A program made the translations under genes and the position numbers. Of a stretch of 64,000 bases of DNA, positions 29,288 through 38,302 are shown one piece after another. Under the pieces are notes generated by a model. It had not been told where the DNA came from. It ran no database searches and saw nothing but the letters and a program-made list of their open reading frames with translations. This DNA comes from Setoptus koraiensis. Taxonomy: Eukaryota > Animalia > Arthropoda. Each line of letters starts with the position of its first letter. The first letter of the stretch is position 1. The stretch is from positions 19,282,001 to 19,346,000 of the forward strand of contig CM106586.1 in assembly GCA_048013815.1 (NCBI GenBank), given 5' to 3'.

Positions 29288-30279
29288 ACGGCATGTTGGC
29301 GCAACATGAGATTAGCCAACGGTAATGTGACAAGAATTAGTCGATGACTGTTTGTTTGTGTGGCCCCGTCAGTGGCCAACAGTGCCACCGATCGACAGTG
29401 CCAAAGAGGCTGACTTGTGAGCTGACTCCAACACTGACTTGCAAGCGCGACAAGCGCACCGCACTTTTTACAATGCGCCACAATGATATCGCTGTGCGCA
29501 TAGCGACAGCACAGCTTTCGTGGCTGGCGCTGCATCCTCGCAACGGCGTCCTCATAATGGTATCGTCATAACAGTATCGTCATAACAGTATCGTCGTATC
29601 AGTGCCATGTCAGTTATGTAAGCGTTTGTGACGGCGTGCTGCCGTCACTTGTTACGGACAAACTTGTACCGACGCAACTTGCCGCCGACGCAACTCGCTA
29701 CCGACGCAACTGGCCACAAACAAGTCGACTTGCTAGTTACGTTTGCAGCTAGTAGCAGCTTGCTACGGGTCGCAGTGCGTGCTGGCAGCACACCGACGAC
29801 TGCCAGTGTGAGTATTGATGTGCATTGTTGTGTGTTGTGACAGATTAGCGTTTTTTAGCGAACGGCAACGCATGTAAACATGACAGAGATAAAAATGCGA
29901 TTAAACTTAATGATGATTAGCAAACACACTTGCGCGCTTGTTTGCTCTTCTATTATTGGCCTCTCTCGCTCACATTGGCTCTCGTTGGCTCTCGTTGGCT
30001 CACATTGGCCGCTGGCGCTCGCTGGCGACTCGCACAACTTGCGCAACATGAACTGAATTGTTATGCAACGCGACGCTCGTATAATACGAGTCGCGTTACA
30101 TAACAAGCAACGTATTACACAGCCAGCAACGTATCACACAACTAGCAACGCATTACATAACAGGCAACGTTGCTGCGACGGCTAAACGGCTATCGTGTTG
30201 CAATCTTTGCGACCAATCGTGTCGATTGGTCAGATGCAAAACTGGCGCACACGTGCTGCCCGCGATCGGCGCCTGTGAC

Positions 30280-30353
30280 AGTTGCACCGACAACAATTGC
30301 ACCGACAACAGTTGCACCGACGAAAGTTGCACCCACAACAACGGTTGCACCGG
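30280..30353 (+). repeat. 15-bp tandem repeat x5 (agttgcaccgacaac)
   Basis: Read directly; degenerate copies. Confidence 0.85.
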
Positions 30354-31116
30354 TCGGACGACAACTGCAAATTGTAACAAATGTTGTAAATGTTGTAAAT
30401 GTTGCCACTAATGTTTGCAGGCGGCGCCGAGCACGGGGCCAGCAATCACGTCAGTGACACTGACGTGATTGCCACATTGCGCAACGTTGTCACTGGTTGC
30501 GATTCGTTCGCTGCAGCGCAAAGTCGCCACTGTCGCCACTGTCGTTGCCGGTGTTGCCGGTGTCGCCAGAGTCGCCAATGTTGTCAGTGTTGCCGGTGTG
30601 GGTGCGATCGTGCGCGGCAGCCTCCAATCGACAGCAGCAACAGACAGCACTGTTGTCACAACAGCGACAGACAACAGCGACAGTCGCCGTCGAACAGTGG
30701 CCAAAATAATCATGCCCAGTCCGCAGTAATGTCTGTCAACGTAATGTTGTCAACCGGTGCTGGCCGCTGCCGCTGTCACTGCTCGTTCGCTCGTTCGCTC
30801 GTTCACTCGTAGTGAGCTGGTGAGCTTGCGAGGTGGCGAGTTGATTACGTGCATGCTGGCCGTGTGCCCGTGTGCCGCTGTCGGTGGCCAACTGTATGAT
30901 ACAGTCTGTATCCACTGTCGGCAGCACTGTTGTCGTCGCAAACAATAACTGTCAACTGCTGTCATTATGCAACACACTTATTTCAAGCAAGTTATTTGAC
31001 ACACGCACACACAAATTGTCAAGTGTTGCCAGTGGCAACAATCACAACAACGATAACATCTCTGGCATCGCCAGCTGATGCGCCCACGAGATGCTGCCCG
31101 TTGGCCCTTGAGCATC

Positions 31117-31198
31117 GCAGTTCCATCACGGCAGTTCGATCACGGCAGTTCGATCACGGCAGTTCCATCACGGCAGTTCGATCACGGCAGTTCGATCA
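31117..31198 (+). repeat. 14-bp tandem repeat x6 (gcagttc[c/g]atcacg) with a 42-bp higher-order duplication
   Basis: The variant position runs C,G,G,C,G,G across the six units. Confidence 0.95.
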
Positions 31199-34034
31199 TC
31201 GGAGCTTGATCATGCAAGTTTGACGGCGCCATTTGCATACGAACAATCGAAACGTGCGCAGTGTCACATAGCGCCGTTTCAATCAGACTGTCGTCGTGAT
31301 TATCATATGATTATCATATGATTATCCTGTGATTATCGCATGATTGCTGGCGACCGCCGCCAGCGCCACAGTTGTTTTTCGGTAATTGACACAACACCGG
31401 CGTGTGCTGTTGCTGGTGCAAAAGGTGCGCACCATGGCTCACAACTGTTGTCGCAACTTTCAACTACAAATATAAATTCAAGCAGCAGTGGTATGAATAA
31501 TGTGACAACTGCATGCAAATGACAATGGCGACTATGTCAATCGCCAGTTGCGACATGATGACATTCGCTCGGGCGACAGTGGCGCCCATGACACGAGATT
31601 GACACGAGTGTTTGTGTGTGGGTGTGTGTCATTTGTCGGCGGATGACCGCCGATGGCGCAGTGGCGTCAGTCACTGTTGCCAACAGCGCCCATTGCACAC
31701 AGACACAGTAGCGCCAAGCCGACAGGCAGTGTGTGTCACTTGTCAAGACTGGCGCCCATGAGCAAACGCAATAACGGCAACAGTCAACAACAACAGTTTA
31801 CCGTAATAACACTTACAGTGCGCATTGTTTGTATTTGGCGCGATGACAGTGTGTTGACAGCAACGAGTTGCGCGCCCGAAAGTTCAATTATTGGCGCGGC
31901 TCGCACGCGCCGACCCAATCGCATCGCATCATTCATGTGGCAGCTCTTTTCGCGAGGCTCCACTCGCGTATGATCGCATTCGATCGCATATGTTGGGATA
32001 TGATTGCATATGCGCCCCCGCACGTCACCCACACGCCGGCCGAGCCGAGTCGGCCGCGGGCCCCCGGGGCCCGCGCACTTGCTGTGGGCGCCGCGGGCCG
32101 ACCAGCGTCGGCGTGCGTCCGCAGCATTCATGTGACATACCAACAATCCATACATCATATGCGGGGCGCGCGGGGCGTGTGCGGCATCATATCTGGGGAG
32201 TGTGCGGCATCACATCTGTGGAGTGTGCGGTGTGCCGGGCGCGCGGGGCGCGGGCCAGACAGACGAGCGAACGGACGCGGGCGGCATTGTCCGACAATGC
32301 TGTCCGAGTGGACAGTTGAGACAATGTCGAGCACGCCGACAGAGGCAGCGAATATGCAACAATGCATGCGAGTTCCATATTGCGCCCGGCGCGATGACCA
32401 ATGACCGATGACTGATGACCGATGACGCAACACACACACACCGACGGTGGCGCTGGTGGTGGCGACGACGGGCATTTCGTCTGGTGGCGGCGTGCGCTGG
32501 CTACCAGAGAAAGAGATAATCACTGGGGGATATATCAATTATGGCGAGCTATCATGGAGCGGGCCAACAAGTGCGCCGCCAGTTAATATCATCAATAACG
32601 CGCCTCTAATGATCGCCCCCACTCGACAGCACATTCGAAATGCGATCGCACAGCTCGCTTACAGCCGTCTCTGTGTATTCAGTGATCGTATACACAGCGA
32701 TAGCATGTGTCGTGTAGTTGTAGTTGGCTGTAGTTGGCCGTAGTTGGCTGTGGTTGGCTGTAGTTGGCCGGGTTGGTTGTGGTTGGCGGGCCGCAATTAT
32801 CCGGCCGCCTCGCGTGCGTGTGTGCGTCAATAATTCATTAATCATGTATAGATATAAATATAAATATCGGCGTCGATGGGCGCCGGCCCGCGACGACACC
32901 GCACGGCGCTAAAACAGAAACAGAAACCGAGTCCGAACTGCGCACTTCGAAGACGAAACTGAAACTGTTTCGGCGGCTCTCTATTTCGACACATACCCGC
33001 CACTGTGGCGCAATGGGCGCTCCGCAACTGACAACTTGCCCGCAACCGGCAACTCGCCAGTGTGCACATCGCAATGAGACGGCGCATGTGTCGCTAGACA
33101 CCAAACTGACAGCGGCGAATGTCGTGAGAACCAGATGACGAGACGACTCCAATCACAGCTAATTAGGGCTAATTTATGGCGGCCGCTTGTGCCGGTTTGT
33201 CGCCACATTCGGGCCGACAACGATTCGACGGCCATCAAGTCAAACGATTCGACGAGACAGCCGACCAGCGATGCATCACATATCGCGTTGGCGTCCGATT
33301 TGTCTCACATATCAGAGCGCACATATGAGAGACGCTGCGAGCGATATTAATCACCGCTCGAGCCATCTCCACTCGTCGCGAGCCGTCATATCGGGCCAAC
33401 CTGCGCCCGGCCCGAGCCGAACCGCGCCCGGCCCGAGCCGCCGGCTCGACGGCCACCGTCGGGCCAGCGCTTCGGTGCGACAGCGATTCGAGTTGGCCGG
33501 AAACGCCAGTGCGCCCCGTTTGTGCACGGCTGTGCAGCGTATCGGTGCACGGCGCGCAGCATATCGGCGGCCCGCAACGCGGGCTGAATGCGACCAATCA
33601 AGTGGATAATTTGCATGACTGTCAATTATTGCCAACGACTCCCACGCTAGTTGATCTAGTTTGTTGTTTGTAGTTTGTTGTCGGCAATGCTCGCGTCGGC
33701 CGCTCACTATAGACTCATAGTATAGTCCAGTTATCCGCGGTACAGCCACACATAGCGGCGGATAACTGTGTATAACTGGACACGACCGTGTACTAGACTA
33801 TAAATACAGTTACGTCGGCTCACTGGGCCGGCCAGCGGCGCCCACAGCCCATTTATTTACTGGCGGCCGGCGCGCCGCTGTGTAAACGATCCGGCCCTGG
33901 CGCATTACAACTCAATTGGGGCGCAACAACTGAGCCGATGTCAATCAAACGCACAAACATCTATCTCTGGGATGAGTGAGCCGGAGTCAAATTTGCGCTG
34001 CGTTTGCTGGCGGCCCCAGCGGCCACTGGCAATT

Positions 34035-34165
34035 GGATCAAATCAAATCGGATTGAATCGAATCGAATCAGTGGAAGCGGCTCGAGCGGCTCGAATCGGA
34101 TTGGACGGAATCATATCGAATTGAGTCGAGTCAAGTCGCGTCGAATCAGATTAAATTAGATTGTG
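34035..34165. repeat. Degenerate pentamer satellite (GAATC/AAATC/GATTG-type units)
   Basis: aaatcaaatcggattgaatcgaatcgaatc...gagtcgagtcaagtc read directly. Confidence 0.7.
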
Positions 34166-34258
34166 CGCCCTGTGCGCGGCCAGCCAGCCGGCGAGATGCC
34201 AGTCGAGCGGTGGGGCCCGCATTGGCGGCACACGCGCGCCGCTTTTGCTCGTGTGCGC

Positions 34259-34651
34259 GTTACATAACACGAGCGGGCAGAGGGGATCCTTTTTTGTCAG
34301 TTGCTGCTCGCTTGCACCAGCGCTGGGCCGATGCTTTCGGCGTGCTCATAATGCCGCTGCCGCCGCTGCTGAGGCATTATGAGCAATCAGACAGGCGACA
34401 TGGCAAACATTGGACGAGAGGGGGGTTGGGGGCCAGACAAAAGGCCAAACCCTGGTCGTCATGTGTCATATAATCAAATGATAATCTGATTGGCGGCGTT
34501 AATGCTTCAATGGACCCGGTTGCTTACTTGCACGTTGTTGTCGCTGCACATTTGCCCTACACGGGCGACATATACAACGTATATACGCCGTACATACCCT
34601 GTACATATCGCGCTATCGGCTGTTAGCCGCTGCCAGCTCGTGTTATGTAAC
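34259..34651. mobile_element. MITE-like/fold-back segment, 393 bp, bounded by 22-bp inverted repeats (21/22 identical)
   Basis: GTTACATAACACGAGCGGGCAG (34259-34280) versus the reverse complement of CTGCCAGCTCGTGTTATGTAAC (34630-34651). No clear TSD and no second copy in the window. Confidence 0.35.
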
Positions 34652-35239
34652 AGCCAGCCAGCCGTCGGTGTGCGGCAGCGATATACGGCGACGATATACG
34701 GCAACGATATACGGTGACACACATTACAAAATGTCCCGGCCGACCAGTGACGTAATAGTTGTCAGAAACAAAGTGCGCGCTCGAACCAACGCCAGCCAAC
34801 AAATCATATGGGCCGTCGCCCACTGACACCGCCCATATGATGTCCCGATGTAATGTGCCAATAAGTGGCGCTGGCCCCAGTTCTAACCAGCCGCCACCAG
34901 TGACAGCGACAACTCTCTTATGTCGCTCACATGCAACTATTGACATATCCAGTTCGGGGCGAGTTTACTCTTTTTTTCACAAATTGCCCGCCACATACTG
35001 GGTACTGGGTGCTGTCTAATAGACAGTGTCTATGTGCTGCTGACAGTGACACCAGACAACAACAACACCAATACTGCGTCCTGTTACACGACTCGTTTGT
35101 CAGCTGATGGCTGTCGGCTGTCGGCTGGCGAGCTGCTCACCGGTGCAGTCGCATTGGACACGACAACGCAATAACGACACAATATGAAACAACAATATCG
35201 CAAATACCTGTTACCTGTGTGCATGCACAACGTGCTTAT

Positions 35240-36800
35240 GTGGGCGCCTTCCGCCGGGTGCATGTTTCAGGCTGAGACGGATGGCGCATCCCGGAAACAC
35301 ATTCCAAGCCAACATTCCCATCCGAGGATCCTGTAATTATCTTTGGGGCACGCGAACCCGCGAACAACAAATTCCGTCCTCAGTAACCGGGACTCGGTAA
35401 CTGGGGCTCAGTTTGCTGGCGCCGTTGTTGAGGGCGCGCGGGTCAATGGTCGTCGTCTGGTCCCTCGCTTTCCGGAAGCTCTTAGAGCGAAACGGGGCCC
35501 CAATTGTAAAACGCACCGGGCCCTCACATGTTGGCGGGCAGCACGGGCTTGAATATCCGACGCTCAAGTCAGTGGATGTCAGTGAATGCTTTTTTGTTGT
35601 CTTTGGCCGGGGGGAGCGGCATACAAAACGAGACAAGTGCGCGGATGCGCAATTGGGGCCCAATGCGATTCAAAGCTCCACTCAGGGATGGTCTCGGTGC
35701 GCCGTCGGTCAGAAAGCAGCGAGCCTCTGTAAATTTCAAACAATTCGAACATTCCAAAGAAATCGCTCACTACATGCAGTGGACAATCGAGCCGGACACT
35801 TGCGGGTCGTTAGACAAAAATAACATCTCGTCCGGATGTCCGTTGTGTGTATCATTTATCGCTGTGTTCTCACAATGAATAATCCGTTGCAAACACTGTG
35901 ATCGGGACAGGTGGGCAGGCACCCTCGCCGCAGAGAGCGCCCACCGCAAACGGCGGCACCTCACGACCATTGAAGACCAACAATTCTTGCTTGATTCTAC
36001 ATTGTGATTCTACATCTTGTATGATTCAGTCGGCATCTGAGCCCATCAATTCGTATGCCTCTCTCCATAACGCACATGCAAAGTAACGATCCCGTTGAGG
36101 CACCATCTTGCCATTGGGCCAGCCGGGGGTGCAAGCTTGCCGTTCGCTGTTTCGGATAGCGGAGGTGGCAGGCGGCTGATCACATCGTAGAGTCTCTACG
36201 TTAGGGAATTTCTTTCAAAAATGGCGCCTCCTAGAGTAACAAAAAGTAGTTCACCTAAGCTACTTTCAGTTTTGGCAACACAGATGGCGCGCAAAACTCT
36301 TTCACAGTGTCACTGGTCACTGACGTAACTTCGAATGGCATCCCAAGACCGGAAGCTCGCCAGGTTTTGGCGAAATTATTTTAGCTGGACATAACCGAAG
36401 CTGACCAAAACAGGAGGGTATTGCCGTGTCATCGATCTTTGCCATTGAAATAATAGTTATTACGGGAAAAAAAAGGGAAAATACCCATGATGGTCATCGG
36501 TCTAGCTAAGCAACATTGGCGAGCTATGATTTCCCGCAACTTTTTTATTCTTTTTCTGCTTTTCCACAAATTAGCGAGCCAATTGTCTCGGTATTGTACT
36601 CGGAAAAGCACTCACTGATTGAGGATATTGTTCCCGAGGAACACGCCAAAGACTAAACGAACTACCGGTGAAAACTTTTTGGCCCCTCCGCTTAGAGCAA
36701 TTAGACTCGCATGAGTATATTGTGGATGAACTTTCGGAAACTCATGAACCTGAATTGTAATTTCAGCAACTTTTATTAGATCAGCTACGGGAAAAAACCG
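35240..36800. mobile_element. Microsatellite-free island, best guess a heavily decayed retroelement fragment
   Basis: Abrupt change of sequence style. Interrupted + strand frames give weak RNase H-like (ISDAQ, WPGG/SGIQNE) and C-x2-C-x8-(Q)-x4-C knuckle-like motifs (35837-35890), then a structured leader and a broken ORF from ATG 36221. The motif evidence is ambiguous. Confidence 0.3.
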
Positions 36801-38137
36801 GTAGTGCAAGTTGTTGAGCTTGGCTCGCCGCTGTTGTTTATTTGATCACAACAACAGGCAAAACTTTGCAGCGGTATTGTCGGGTGTATCATTGTTATTA
36901 TTATTATTAATAATTTGTTGGCCTTGCTCAATTTCAATGCCATCTATTGAGTCATACAAATTAAATAACTATTACAAGATATTTAATTAATATTTCACTG
37001 ACACTAATATCAATAAATAATTTATCTAAATTTAACCCTACTCGCCGCAGTTAAACCGTGAACAGGACAACAATAAGAGTGATGTTGCAACAAAAGGGCA
37101 AGCGATATTACGAGTAGCTCAAATTATCACGTAATCATCGTCAATTTAACCGCAGCATTTAACACACAGTGCCAACAGATAGGCTAAGACAAAGAAGTTA
37201 CTGGGAACCTTGGAGCCGACACAGTAGAAAGATCATTTATTCTTCCGAATCACACAAACAAACAAACAAACAAACACTCACTCACAACAACACCATTGGA
37301 GTACGAGATGACTAATAGTTTTGGAAAGACCATAGTTGAATAATAATCAGGATTCAAGCCGAGTTATGATGATCGATAGTTTTTTTTAATCTACTATCGG
37401 TGCTATGATGGAGACAGAAGCTGTGCCGGCAGTTATCTCATTACGGCTTAACCAACCAATATGAATGGCAATTGCAACGTACCACAGCACTGGTACGTGT
37501 TTAATCTTAATTGTCTTTTGATTTAAATAATCATTCAATTACACGAATGACGACGCCGCCAGCACCGCCAACAACAGCGCCGGCAACCGAAAGCGGCACC
37601 CCGACCATTCCAAATGCGCCAGCAATCAACAGTATTGATAATAAACCAACAAAATTATCATTCTAAATATGTAAAAGAGCGAATAGAAAAAGAGAGAAAG
37701 AGAGAAATTTCACATGTAAGTTGCAACATTATTCTAGAGAGTTGATGTGACTTGATACTATACAACTAGTTTCTATTCTAGTATCGTCTGAGGATGTTTT
37801 TCTAGGAAATATCATGAACAGATGATCATCACGATGATCAATCAGGCATGTCGTAGACGCTCTCAACAACTAACAACCTTTAATTCGACTGTATCTGATT
37901 GGCAATAGTGGAATAGTTTGTCGGTAGACAGGCGTCTTGTAGATGAGAGGCTCCCCCAGAGAAGAGAACACACTCTGCCAGGCAGAGGTAGATCACAGCA
38001 GACAGCCCAAGTGAGCTTCTTAACAGGATTATACCACCTTATGTGTTCTTTATTATTCTAGGATGGTCTATTGTTGTGCCAAGATAGCAGAGTGAGTGAG
38101 AGAGAGAGAGAGCGAGAAAAAGAGAAAAAAAAAGACA

Positions 38138-38302
38138 ATGAAAAAACATGATGGCTTCTTCGTACGCTTCGTTGTGCTATCCGGACTTTACAGCTTTTAT
38201 GCAATGTTCTTATTTGTCGATAGTGCAAGATTACGGCACCACCAGCCGAGCAACAAGTGTGTTCACAGGAAACGTCGTCAAATCAGCACGAGCTATGATT
38301 AG
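38138..38302 (+). CDS. Candidate small secreted precursor, 54 aa (signal peptide + RKRR site)
   Basis: MKKHDGFFVRFVVLSGLYSFYAMFLFVDSARLRHHQPSNKCVHRKRRQISTSYD. Overlaps an alternative 121-aa polyQ ORF (38148-38513). Confidence 0.22.
   Translation: MKKHDGFFVRFVVLSGLYSFYAMFLFVDSARLRHHQPSNKCVHRKRRQISTSYD

Larger units (their letters stand above)
24691..34651. promoter_or_regulatory. Homotypic cluster of PAR-bZIP/vrille(E4BP4)-type D-box sites (putative enhancer domain)
   Basis: Exact RTTAYGTAAY (either strand) at 24691, 26407, 28008, 28031, 28566, 30095, 30152, 34259 and 34642, plus core-only and TTGCGCAA sites. Confidence 0.5.

Noticed and set aside
24000-35200. Dozens of overlapping 60-198 aa ORFs on both strands
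   Set aside because: Expected in GC-rich, repeat-rich DNA. Translations are CVCV/HTHT microsatellite or R/A/C-rich with no domain and no consistent splice pattern.
35394-35420. AACTGGGGCTCAGT resembling RNase MRP CR-V, and GCAGAGAG near 35930
   Set aside because: No GAAAGTCCCC P4 partner upstream, and the two motifs are in the wrong order.
35908-35960. HDV-like ribozyme (7-bp ggtgggc/gcccacc stem)
   Set aside because: P1.1 GG, the P3-P1 junction and the J4/2 catalytic C motif do not fit.
36176-36212. Hammerhead-like CTGATCA...GAAT, and a group I R-like CGTAGAGACTC on the minus strand
   Set aside because: Core positions deviate (CUGAUGA, GAAA and NUH are absent); the R-like match arises from a local hairpin and the P/Q elements are missing.
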